NCBI RefSeq assembly: GCF_000143415.4 | Contig: NW_003314261.1 | Span: 5,988,822-6,052,821, forward strand | DNA: 64,000 nucleotides | Source: Selaginella moellendorffii | Lineage: Eukaryota; Plantae; Lycopodiophyta | Direction: 5' to 3' | Part shown: piece by piece, positions 49,029 through 61,420 of the stretch | Numbering within the stretch: the stretch's first letter is position 1 | Layout: each line of letters opens with the position of its first letter | The notes under the pieces: model-generated | The model's database searches: none | Told to the model about the DNA's origin: nothing | The model's input: only the letters and a program-made list of their open reading frames with translations | Translations under genes and position numbers: made by a program

Positions 49029-51853
49029 ATGGCCTCCGCAAGTGCGACGCATGTTCCCTCCGTGGATCTTAAGAACCGTGCTACATGGATTCAGGCAAAG
49101 GTGTTTCTAAACAACCCCGAGGGGGAGGTGGTAGCTGAGGGCTTAGCCACAGTTGTCGATCCAAGAGATGCGGTTGCTAATCAAGAATTGGGCTGGGATG
49201 ATATTGGAGTTGCGATTTAGAGGTTGTTGACACAGAAGAAAACAGTCTGACTATTGGAAGCATTGTGCGGTGGAAATTGAGGCACTTAGTGTTTGAGAAT
49301 GTGAAGGATTTACAATCAAACACCACTACAACTGATGACAGAACATCTCTTCATGGGAAAAGAAAGTACACCTTCCTAAAGCGCAGCCAAAGGGATCTGA
49401 GCAACGAACCGAAAAGGCAGAAAATGGCGATGGAGGTTCGAATGGTCTCGATAGTTGCTTATTGCAAGAGGAGGTGTTGTCAACATGCTGATTGGGATGC
49501 TATTGAAGAGGAGAGAGCAAGATACAAGACATTGTCCTGGAAGGCAGCTCGCAATTTTGTGTATGAGGCATTACGGTCATCTGTTGATGCTTCAGAACAT
49601 CAGGTGGGGGGCATGGTTTTCCAGAGGGGTTTGGTCTGCATGAAGGCATGGAGAATCATTTATGGAGTCCCTCGAACCACATTCTACAGAATCAAAACTG
49701 AGTTCGAGGAACAAAGGGTTCAACAGGCAGTCCATGGGAACGACGGTACTCACAAAACCAGGGGTCATGTTGTATATGGAGAGGCAATCTTCAAGAGGTT
49801 TATCGAGACATGTAGCGAGCAGCAACCACATAAAACCCGCCTCTTGGAAGATGGAACTCGAGACATCCAACGAGTTCTCCCTTCCATGTATACCAAGGGG
49901 GCCATATTGGAAGATGTGAATCGGGAACTCCAGAGTAATGGCTACAGGAAGCTAAGCCAATCTAGATTTAGTAGATTGTGGAGCAACAGGTTCAGGGATG
50001 TGAGTATAGGAAAGTACTCCAGCTTTTCAAAGTGTGACGAGTGCACTGTTATCAAAATGGCTTTGTCAAAGAATTCTTGCATCGCTCAAGAGCGAGAGAC
50101 ATTGGTTAGAAGGCGACTCGACCACAACATCGAGCAGAGAAGCTGCAGGACTGCATATTATCATAACAGGATTCTCTCCATGGAGAGACCTAACTCTTAC
50201 CTCTGCATCATCCACGACAAAATGGACCAGAAAAAGACGTGCTTACCTCGACTCAATCCTGCCCCCAAGGCAATCTCTTCATCCATGCAGCTGCTTGTGT
50301 CTCTGTTTGGCATAATCGCACATGGGCATGGTGCCCAGAACTATGGGAACTTCTTTGTACCTCTATGGGGTGGCGGGGGTGCAAACATGATGATTGTGTC
50401 CCTAGCAAAACACTTAAGGTCTCTGCAAAGTGCGCAGACTGAGCTGAACGGCCAACCCTTGCATAAGGCCCTTGTCGATCGAACCCCATACAGGGTTCAG
50501 CTGGAGGAGGAGCAAAGGCTTGCAGTATCGCGTGGGGCCCCATGCCATCCCAGTGAATATGTTGGCCGTCAGATTGTAGGGTTATCATGTGACGCCTCAT
50601 GCCATTCCGACGAGGCTAGTCGCCCGGTGAATGCACAGCCTCATCCAAACGAAGCAGAATCTCAAGGAAGTTCTTGCGGCCGATGTGGCCTTCCACCCGA
50701 TCTTCTGCTCCAAACAGACAATGCTGGCAGTGAGAACAAAAACATGTACGTCTTCGCGTACTTGGCGATGCTTGTTGCCAAAGGCATATTTGAAACGGTT
50801 ACACTTGGCTTTCTCATGGTTGGGCACACTCATGAAGACATCGATGCCATGTTCAGTCACCTGGCAGAGTCCCTCCGGCGATCCAATGTCCTCACCCTCC
50901 CACAACTCTACGATGAATTCCAAAATTGCATCAAAGGCATTGTTGAAGCTGCACTTGTGACAGAGGTTCCAGACTTTAAGGGGTTTGTAAGAGGCTACAT
51001 CAAGGACAGATCCGAAACGCTGATTGGCCACTCCAAGCCTCTTCAGTTTCATTTCAGCATGCGTGACGGTGCTCCAGTGATGAGGTACAAGATGAGAGAA
51101 TGGGACACAGTGTGGCTGCCAATGGACGGCATTGAACTCTTCAAGAGAGATCCCATAACTGGGGAACCTATGATTCCTCAGGGTTCCCCACGGCCGATGC
51201 ACCCGGATGGACTCAAAGACCAGGAAAGTATAGTGGCCGGGATTAGACAGCATATTGCCTTTTGGAAGAGGGGGTTGGTGTTTGGTGGAGAATCCTATTT
51301 TCAGAGGTGCAAGCCTTTGCTCGAATACTAGGAGAAGATTATATCTGCTATCCAAAATGGGCCGGTTGTATATGAAGAATTGGAAGAGTCCTTTTGGCTA
51401 GAACCCAGAGCACCAGATAGTAGCGGAACAATGTCCTCTGGAAATGCAGTGACAGATAACGATGTTGAGGATCACTATTGTGGGCCGAGGAACAAGAAGC
51501 CGGATTCAGCATTCAATCCAGTACAGGTCTGCAAAGGAATGGTCGTGCTTGTCAGACCCAGTAATAAAAAACAAATGATATGGGTGGGGCGCTGCATCAC
51601 TGATGCAGAGGAGGACGCAAAAACTAACTCCTTCAATGTAACTGTGGAGTGGTTCAAGCCAAGTTCCAGATATATGAAGGATTGCCTAGAAAAGAGATGG
51701 GTGCTGAATCCAAGGGATCCTAGCATGAGCATATCAGTGGATAATGTTGTGCATGGTTGGATGTGGAAGCAGAGTGCCACCATCACCTTGCCAGACCATG
51801 CAAGAGATGCAGCAAGAGCATTCATAACCCGGGTTCAAGGTGAGATTCATTAA
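49029..51853 (+). pseudogene. Disrupted Sola1-like transposase, copy 2
   Basis: Lacks ~240 bp of the N-terminus, has a 1-bp frameshift near 49216 and a TAG at 51329. The 688-aa core with all catalytic motifs is open. Confidence 0.85.
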
Positions 51854-54800
51854 TATTCCTTTACTAAGTTTCTAATGTATTTTATTTCAAGGTGAACAAT
51901 CCGAATCTGAATCAAAGGAGGCGTGATGGCATGTGGCCTTACGCCATTCCTAGGTGAGATGATATAAATAACAAGTATAAATTCTTAGTTGTTCTAGCAA
52001 ATCTTACTTAAAGTTCAAGGTGAACAAGCCGAATATGAATTCATCGGATTGTTATAACAAATTGCGAGGTGATGGCATGAGGCGATACGCCATTTGAGAG
52101 TGGTAGCCATTCCTATATGAGGTGAGTGAAATATTTATTAGAAATATCTCATTCAATTGTGCACTTCTAAGTCTTGGTCCACTCAGTACTGTTTGCATGC
52201 TTTTATTTTAATTCTTTCTCTAAAATGTTATTTAGCATGTGGCTTCATGCCATTGCTCTCCACAATCATGCATTGAATTTTTCTATCCTTGCATATTACT
52301 TCTCCATATATATAGCATGTGCGCACATGTGATATGGTTCATTAGGCCTGATATAGTGTGTGAGGTAAAACAAAGATGATGTGACATATGCATTTACCAA
52401 TCACACGTGCATAAATCTAATAATATGGCGTGTGGCCCATATTAATGGCACATAAACCCATATTGTGGGCTTACGTGCTTTATGTACCATCATTCCCTTG
52501 CAGCGTGTGTGTTGGTTTCCTTTTATAACACAATGAACTCCATATTTTAGGGTGAAGAGCGTTCTCATGGCAAGCACAAAATCTATAAGTGAGGCAGAAA
52601 AGGAGACGAAGAAGGAGATAGGTGAAGATGTAGAATATATAAGTCTTCCAAACTCCCCGTACTATACTCCAAGTGATCATTTTTCTGAACAAATGGCAAC
52701 ATTAACAACTATCAAGAACGCCCCAGTAACATCAGAGACAACAATCCAAAGCAAAACAACTGACCCGGAGAAGGATGATAGTACCGCTGAGAGTACCAAA
52801 AAGGAGGTGTCCACTAGCGCTTAGGCTTATAATGGCGTGTGCCCTCATGCCATTTACTTGATCACCAAATACCTTTTTCCCTTTGCACTAGTATATTTTA
52901 ATACCGGTTTGAGAAATAGAATGGCATGTGCCCTCAGGCCTTTTACTAAATCACCTTTGAAAGAAATGCAAGCCTCTATGTCGTAAAAAAAAGGTACTAG
53001 AGAAATTCCTTAATAATATGAATGCTATTTAGTTTCATGAAAATACACTAAGGGTCAAATGAGTTAAATGACTTCTCCAGACTAGCAATGCCTCTTGCTA
53101 CACCTTCACAATTAGATTCGTTAGAAAAAGATAACATTGAATAATATCTAAATGTTCTCACCATTAAGTTATATGTCTGGCTAATAGGAATGATGTTCAT
53201 CTTGGAAAGCTCACCACACGCTCAATGAACAAACAAATAGTGTGTGCGCGCATGCCATCGCTCTTCTTTAGCTTCAGATTCGGCTTGTTCACCTTGACAA
53301 TGAGATTTATTATACAACCAGATGGACTCAATCTGGACACAAAGTCACCGCGCTAGTCACCATGCCCCAGATATGTCTAGCCCCTGGACAAAAAACAAAT
53401 AATTTCACGTCATTTTCAAATACTTGAAAATTTGTACCTAGTCCCATTTTACTGAATAAATTCCATTTTAACGAAATAGAGCATATATCTACAGAATGTA
53501 GAGATTGTCCTGAACACAATGGTGTTCGTCTTGTGTCCAAATTCGCAATCTAGAGACATTCCATATTTAGTAAGTTTCAAGTTTGTCCCAGAGACTAACT
53601 CCTAATACTAAGGGAGGCTTGGGGTGAAAGCCCAAAGCGTGTGTTCCTCAAGGGGGGGGGTGGGTTCCAAATGTATAGTAGGGATAGTGGGTAGGTCGGG
53701 CATGGCTAACCAACCTGAGGCATAGTCTAGCTCCCACTTGCGTGCCTGTCCTTGTTTTGCGTCCGGCTTGGGTCTAAGCCCAAGTTCCATTCCATGCTAG
53801 TTGGTGGAGTACCCATGTCCTCGCATTAAGCCACCGGTATTCCGAAATAGCATCAGACTCTGCTTGGCTCCGTTTTGGGTGCTGGTCCTGGCATTGGGAT
53901 GTTGGTTACTCTAGGACTATTCCAAGTCACTCCGGGCTCATGTTCCTTCGCTCCTTGGGCTGAATGCTTGGGAGTTGCTCCGTGGTTCAGTTCCGTCACT
54001 CCTTGGCTCCATGCTTGGGAGTTTCGCACCGTTCCTTCATTCAGTGGCCCAAGGCTCTGAACCTCGGGTTCCACACCACATTCCTTTGGACACGTGGCAT
54101 GTGACATGTGGCATCTGTCACGTGGCACAAAGAGGGTTTAGGTTCTGCTTCATGATGTTATCCTATAGTAAATCACCATAGGATAAAGGGTCAAAACCAT
54201 GTGCACTATAGTCTATCCAAGAAGTTCTTGGGATTGAAGGAGAAGCCAATGAAGTTGACATCACTAACTACACCCTTCCCCTTTATATCCTGCAAATCTT
54301 GGTGCTATTGTGAAGAGGATGCACCATCCCCCAATAAGTAAACCAAGAGAGTATTATTTGGCAATGGCCTTTGCTAAAAAACTTGCTATTGTGGAGCTGG
54401 AGCTAATCTCTAAGACTATGCAGAACATGCTAGGTAGTCTCTCTGAACTAGCATCAATCCTCCTCATGCCCGAAACACTCGCAAAAGTCACATTGTCATC
54501 TCGGTTGAGGCATTGATCTTGCTTCCTACTTATACAAGCTTAGTGGTAACTTTCAATACCCACAATCATATTTGTGACATTTTTATTCCAACCGTCTCTC
54601 TAAATTAAATATTTATAATAGTAATTTAAATATGTAAATATGGGTCCCTCATGACCATAATTTTTTTTTCTTCTTGTGAGTATTTAAAAATTAAATTTAA
54701 AAAACTTTAAGTTAATTTTGATAAGGAACATTCATGAAATGCCCAGTGGAAAAAACTGCTTGTGAGTTTTGAGGAAGAAATCTCATCCATCAAAAATCCT

Positions 54801-55044
54801 TAGCAATAGAGCTAAGGAGTTATTATTTTTTAAAAGGTAAATACTCAATAAGTAATATTTTACATTTATATATATAATTAGCTTTAAATCTATAAGCATG
54901 TTTCTAAATGTTAAATTTTTTTCATTGAATGTATCTTTAGAATTTTTAATTAATAAGTTTCATTGCAAACTAACACACACACACACACATTAAAATTCAA
55001 AACAATTATAAATTAATAGTGGTTATAATTTATTAAATAGTAAT

Positions 55045-55950
55045 TTAGTTAAGACACAAGCTATCATTCATAATCTCTGTTTCATACCAGATTTCATTAG
55101 GATTATTCATAAGATAAGACACAAATTTACAATTGTCTAATAATGTAATATAAACTAAGATAAAACAATTTGGTTCATCACAATATTTTCCAATTGACCA
55201 AACAACTTCAAAATATTTTGTATATATAACAAGATTACCATCTCTTTGAAGTATTAGTTTACAATAGGCATATTTTCTAAATGTTGAGGTCTGCCAAATA
55301 ATATTTAGTCCTGAGTATAGAACTAAATTACAATCACTTTTCATAATTAAAATGTTTTTTCTATTTGGAGATATTAAATAATTACCAGTTTCAAGAACTT
55401 GATTATGATACAAAAAACTATTATCAAGTGTACTTAATGAAATATGACAATCACTTAGAAATGTAGATAGTTTTTTATTATAGTTTAATTTAACTTCTAA
55501 AAAAGGTGCTTTAGGCTTATTATGAATAATTATACCATACTGAATTTCATAAAATTTAGCAGTTATTTTAGCTGCATCAGCACGTTTTAAAGCCATTACT
55601 TCATAATAAGAATCAACAAGTGTATCTATTCTCTTTATTATTTCTGATCCTCTAATTGTTTTACTTGATGTTTTTCCAGTTGTACAAATTGGTAAAGATC
55701 CACCAAATCGTCTTATTGCAACACAAACTACACCTTTTGAAGTAGTAACTAAACCAAAATCATCAAATTCTAAAGGATATGGATAACTATAATTTAATTT
55801 ATATGTTAGATGTGAAAATCCTTCTCTGACTATTTTTCTTATATCCCCTTCAGTTAGTTCATCACTTTTGCCCCATTCAATATTAGTTTGCAAACTTCTA
55901 AGAATTAGTATAAGTATACAAATAAAAAAACCTATAAGATTATAAATCAT
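55045..55950 (-). CDS. Secreted or membrane-anchored protein with a C-terminal bulb-type (GNA/B-lectin) mannose-binding domain
   Basis: 301-aa intronless ORF with a hydrophobic N-terminus. Motifs LIMKSDCNLVLY...IWQT and LILQRDGNLVIY...VVWS (QxDxNxVxY). Confidence 0.8.
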   Translation of the reverse strand: MIYNLIGFFICILILILRSLQTNIEWGKSDELTEGDIRKIVREGFSHLTYKLNYSYPYPLEFDDFGLVTTSKGVVCVAIRRFGGSLPICTTGKTSSKTIRGSEIIKRIDTLVDSYYEVMALKRADAAKITAKFYEIQYGIIIHNKPKAPFLEVKLNYNKKLSTFLSDCHISLSTLDNSFLYHNQVLETGNYLISPNRKNILIMKSDCNLVLYSGLNIIWQTSTFRKYAYCKLILQRDGNLVIYTKYFEVVWSIGKYCDEPNCFILVYITLLDNCKFVSYLMNNPNEIWYETEIMNDSLCLN

Positions 55951-56689
55951 ATTCTTCTTTGTAATGTTAAAAAATTATAATATTAGAATATATGAACCTA
56001 GTTTATATAGCAACAGTTTACATTTTAATTATTTTATAATTATATTGATATTTAGTTGTATGTATCTTATAAAAAATTAATATGCTCATAAAATATATTT
56101 AATAGAATAAAAAATGTGCTATAGTATGTCATCTCTCTTCTGCCAAGTGGCTTCAGGTGCATCGATGGAGAAGGTCTTGTTGAGCAAGGGCAATGAATCC
56201 CCAAGCGTTTAGTACTTAATTTTTTTTACTTTAAATCTAAATTTATTAATGTCTTATTTTTAACTAGCATTACCTTACACCAATCTATGTTGAATAAAAC
56301 CACCTAACAGAATTGAATGATGTAGATAGAAAAACAACCAATATATAACTTTTAAAACATGCAATAATTCTTTCTTTGAATAGTGCTTTCCAAAGTGTTG
56401 AAGCCATGATTTAAAGGAGTTCTGAATCTTTAGAAGGAAAATTATAGAAGGGATGTATGTGCAGTATGCTTTACTATCTCCACATTTTCATAACACAATT
56501 GACAAAGTCACTCTCCCATGATACAAAGCTCAGGACCATTTTCCAACTAGAACCACGTTGGTTGATTTCTATATTGCCAATGCAATTAGAGACATAGAGT
56601 GTAGACAATATCCACCAATATGGTAGATAGTTAACATCTTCCTAGTTTTTTGTCCTAAGGGCCAGTATAGCTCAATAAGAATTTCCCAT

Positions 56690-56995
56690 ATGAAGTTTGT
56701 TGTGTGTGGGTGTTGCTTTTGACCACAATATAGTTGTGCTAACTATTTCATCATACTTCATACTATACATGAAAGGATGATTGGGAAGCACTTGATCTGC
56801 TACTTCATAAACTTTAACTTTTGACATAGCTACTTAAAGGCAATAGAAGCACTTCCAAACATAGTCCAAACAGTTTCAACATTATATGAAGTCATCCTTA
56901 CTGATTTTGCAAGTCAGGGAAACATAATAGGAGTCAAACAAGGATGCCCATTTTCTCCAACTCTCTCTAGCCTATACATCAATGACTTGCTCCTT
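56690..56995 (+). mobile_element. LINE reverse-transcriptase remnant
   Basis: 56930-56989 translates GVKQGCPFSPTLSSLYINDL (non-LTR RT motif). Confidence 0.65.
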
Positions 56996-57789
56996 CTAGC
57001 CTCCACTTGTTTAATGCTAGAAAAATCAAGGTCCTTGCTTGGTTGTGCAACTACATAACGTTAGCAATTATTTGCAAAAATACACTTTTGACATTAGTCT
57101 CCAAAACACATACAAAAACATTATTATACAAATAACTTGGTTATGTAATCCACCAACACACACCCTGACAAACAGGGCCATTGATCGAATCTTCATCTAA
57201 CTCTCGCTCAAGCAGCAGCAGCACGAATGGGCAGCCTCTCTGAGTAGTTGCAAGCTATGAAGAATACTCATGTCGACAACAGGCTTCACCGCCGGTTTGG
57301 ATAGTCCAGAATCTGCCACCAGATAAATATAAGGAACCGCGCGTGGTCTAACTAAATATGGGCGGTTGCAAGTATTGCCGACCACTTTCTTGAAAACCTG
57401 TGGCCTGCCACGCACCATCACCGCCCAGCTGATGGTAAAGTTGCGTATCTCCTTCTTGCTCCACCGATTGCTGCTGGAACTCCCCACCCACATCCCGCAA
57501 TCGCCATTGAACGATGATGATCATCCACGTCGCTGGCACCCGTAGAGGTCGGGATCTCAACCATGAATCAAAATGTACCTTGATCTTCGTCATCGTTGTC
57601 GAGATGATTATGGAGCTCCGGCGGCGCCGCTGCCACTTGAGCGTGTCGCCGCCCCTGGCCATGGAGCAAACGGCCAAGTCCTTGTAGTGAAACACGAGAG
57701 TCTACGGTGTTAAGTTTGTGCGAGTGATCTTGCATCTCCGTGACTTATTTCAAGCAAGCCTCACATTGTGCTGACATCGTTCACGTCCT

Positions 57790-59007
57790 CTTCCAGGTGC
57801 ATGGAGACAAAGATATGCCCGCTATCAGGGAACTGCGAGAGAAAAGAAACCGACCATTGGAAAATGATATATCAATCCGGATCATGATGGTGTTCAAGGA
57901 AACAGCTTGGAAGATCTACGTACCTTGATTGAGTTTCCAACCAAGCTGGTCACGATCTGGTGGAGCCGAACGGGATGCCCAAGGACGTCAGGGACTCTCT
58001 CAGAAACGTATGCCGCCAGCTGCAAGCACGTAAGAAACGGGATTAGAGATCTTATACAAGATTGGAGATCATTTTGCTTTGTAGCAATCTAAATAGTAAA
58101 CAAAAGCTTACTTCGATTTCTTTGTCCTTGTCCTTCGCAGAAAAGAGCGTGAGAATATTCTCAAGAATCGTGTGCAGCTTGAAAGGGACAGTCTCGAGCT
58201 CCATCCTGCCGGACTCGATCTTGGCCTGGTCCAAGACTTCGTTGATATGTTTTATAAGTTGCTTCCCACTTTCGAGGGCCGTGTGAGTGTAATCCTTCTG
58301 TGTCGAATCGAGCTTTATGTCCATGAGCATTTGCAACATGCCTGTGTAGAAGAAAAAAACAGTTAAAATTGCAAGAAGGAATCTTTCAACCATGTCTTAC
58401 GCACCAAGCGCGCCATTCATGGGAGTCCGGATCTCGTGTGATACAGTAGCCAGGAACTACATAGTTAGAAAAATCTCATGAGTCCACAGTAGAGGTGATC
58501 TAATCGTACCTGAGACTTCGCAACATCAGCCGACTCAGCTCGAACTTTAAGATCTTCCATCTTGCAATAACCCTCCTCGACTTTGGTGATGCAGTTGCCA
58601 GCCGCGTAGAAGATTTGAGTCAACCAGCAAAACAATGACAACAATTCCAAAGGTGGTGGTCCACACAACAAACGCTTCCTTGTTAAATCTGGGAGAGAAC
58701 AAATCTAAGAGTAAGCTCTTGAGAGAATTATAGACAAACTCTTGAGACTTTCTTCGAAACTTTGACATGAGAATGGAGATTTTTTTCACCTGCATCGCAT
58801 CTCATCTCATCCTTCCAGAAGGGATCCCCAAACTCAACCTGACAGACTTCGATCTCGTTTCCATCCAGAATGTTCAGGCCGTACATGACAAGCGGATTGG
58901 ACTTGTTCATGACATCATTGACATTGACAATGATGGTCTGGCTTTTGGACAGCTGCTGCAAAAGGTTCTCCACAAGCGACTTGAAGTCAAATGCTCCACC
59001 AACATAG
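57790..59007 (-). pseudogene. Truncated CHASE-domain cytokinin receptor histidine kinase (AHK/CRE1/CHK family) with introns
   Basis: YVGGAFDFKSLVENLLQQL, FGDPFWKDEMRC, RAESADVAKSQ, FLATVSHEIRTPMNG, INEVLDQAKIESG, QIVTNLVGNSIK. Frameshift in the TM exon. No N-terminal exons or receiver domain visible. Confidence 0.88.
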
Positions 59008-59770
59008 CTGCAGCACAGCCATTTCCCTTCCCATAAAAAAAAAGACAAACCTTCTATGATCTTCTTCATCTCTCTTTTTCTGTCTGTATGGTATGTGCTA
59101 ATGAGTGATGCTGGTGGTAGAGCAAGCAGTGGTATTGAGAAGATATAGACTAGTGTGAGCAGAGTTACAAACCCAAAAAATTCATAAAGAGAGAAGGAAG
59201 AGAGGAGTGGATGCTTGTTACTGTGCTTATTTGATTTGATGTTGCGCTCTACTTCAATTAGACACAAACAATCATACAAAGAATGAGAAAGAAGAATGAC
59301 TTAAATTCTATAATCCTCAATAAAGCTTTTGTCAAGGTCATGAGCAAGGATAAGATTGATTTGAGTACTTTACATCTTGAGTATGTAGATATGCATTAAT
59401 AAAGGAGGGCTAAAGTACAAAAGAGATAGGGATAGGGTTTGAGTGCTAACTCGCCCCCTGAATTAATTTTATGTGCTGGTAATTGTCATTTCCTCTTGTT
59501 CCTAAGTCTCAAGGTTTGAATCTCGAGACTCAAGATGATGTTTCTAAATACAAGATTGATTTCATATGCTTCACATGGACAAAATCAAGAAGAAAATTGA
59601 GAATATACAAATAAGTCACTCATCATCTACTATCTCTAATATCTAACAGCTGCAAAACTGTAAAGGATATATATATGGAGAGTATAATAATTATTGATAC
59701 ATTATATAAAAATGAAATCTTTTATGATTCCTTTAGAAACACAAATTTATTTTTTATATAATTTTTTATC

Positions 59771-60188
59771 TATAACACATTATATCTCTTTCCCCTTAAA
59801 TTAATTGTAATTGATTAATAAGAGAGCCTTTAGTGGTTATTTTTATCCTTACAAGGTTCTAAGGATCTATAGTAACAGTATCATAATCATATGTACTGCA
59901 CTCACCCCCCCTTTTAGAGATATCAATATTTTCGTTGATCATTAACTAATAGCCCTTGTTGAGCCAAGGGGAACTAGCACTTCCATTTTTATATTGAATA
60001 AATTAATCCTTTCATTGTATAGATTAGTTATTCCATGTGAAGCAATTAACCATTCACTCATATTGTAATCTCATGGTGGATACTTTTGTCTGTGGATGCC
60101 CTACAAAACAAAAGATGTACTTATGAATGCCAATTACATATAATTTCAATTTTTAAGGGTAGGAATATACCTTTCTCAAGGGTATATT
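59771..60188 (-). mobile_element. Truncated inverted TRIM copy (3' LTR + PPT + internal)
   Basis: Reverse-complement similarity to ~31490-31939. Confidence 0.7.
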
Positions 60189-60399
60189 CAAATTTCATTC
60201 CAACTACCATGTATAATACTATGGCTTCTTTCTAGCTGAAAAAATTGCCAATAAGCCTAATGAGGCACTGGAGTAAATACAAAATTGTATAAGGACTAGG
60301 ACATGCAAAAGAAGCCCACCTGGTCCTTCAAATACATCAGAAGTGGGAATGTGCCTACTTGAAGGAGATAAGCAGAAGTGGGGTGTTATTGTTATCATG

Positions 60400-61420
60400 A
60401 TACATAATATTTCCAATATATGGCTTGTTAGATAAATAGTTGAGATGCAATGGGGAATTTAGAGTGTATCTTGTCAATACCATGCATTAAACCTTGTTCT
60501 CAAATCATAGGCCACTTTAAACTTCATAAAGGATTGCACTAAAAAAGGAAAGTCCATTGTTTAGATAATTAAAAATTCAATGTATCTTCTCCACTTGTTC
60601 AAACAAAAGGGAGTGAAGGAGCTTATCAAACTTGTATTTATAAGGTATGTAATTATCTCATGTAGTCAAAGTTCACTAACACTAACTTTGTTTTCTCATA
60701 TTTGGCTCATAATACTACATGCTAGAACAGCTACAAGATATTCAAGAACCTTTAAGAGTTATTTTCTTTAGTGGAGACTTAAAAAAAAGTGGTTGAAGAA
60801 GCAACTAAAGGATAGTGAGACACGAAGTCAAGCTTAACAAGTTTGGGATCTTTTTCACATAAGTTGCAATCAGGTTTTGGTAGGAGGTGGATAAGATTTT
60901 GATATTGATGGAGCCAATAGTACAAGCAATCAAGTTCTTCAATAGATATACACCAAATATAGGATTAAGAAGAGACTTATGCTGGCTATACTAGCAAAAT
61001 CAAGAAGAGCATTACCTCCATAAATGTGATCTTTTTGGTGCAAATTGGTGTCTAAATCCATGCTACAAAACAATAGTAATTGACCAAATGTAGTCAAACA
61101 CTTATGGATGGCAGCCCAGAAATTTTATCTAGATAGAGAAGATTTCAATTAGAAATGCCCTATGTATGAGTAGAGGTAAGGCCCTTTTTAAGATGCAATT
61201 ATTGAACTAGTTGGGCATTTGTTCAAAGGCCTTACGTTGCCAATCCTTGGATGGCATGGGCAAGGTGCCTTGAACTGATTCAAAAGTGCATTTGTTTTGA
61301 AGGTTTGCATGTAAAATTTTTAGCTTTGCTCCTTTTAATTTTTTTGTAGATGCAACTTCAGCACATATGGAAACATTTTGACTCTCAAACAAAACAAGTG
61401 AGTTGATTGATTGGATTTTT
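60400..61420 (+). mobile_element. Decayed hAT transposase remnant
   Basis: Fragments CQYHALNLVLK (~60472), ATRYSRTF (~60730) and NFSTYGNILT (~61354) resemble hAT motifs CxxHxLNL, ATRF and ERNxS. Confidence 0.55.

Larger units (their letters stand above)
39609..53482 (+). mobile_element. Large TIR DNA transposon, copy 2 (more complete 3' end)
   Basis: TIRs GCTCTATTTCGTTAAAGTGGGA and TTCCATTTTAACGAAATAGAGC. Flanks are ATAA/ATAT, or a perfect ATAT TSD if the termini are 39607/53484. Inserted in the family B 3' LTR. Confidence 0.92.
33175..54210 (+). mobile_element. Non-coding LARD-like LTR retrotransposon (family B); 3' LTR split by transposon copy 2
   Basis: 5' LTR 33175-33797; PBS TGGTATCAGAGC 33800-33811; PPT 39201-39212; 3' LTR 39213-39608 plus 53483-54210. 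Perfect 5-bp TSD GTCTA at 33170-33174 and 54211-54215. No long ORF in the 5.4 kb internal region. Confidence 0.9.
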
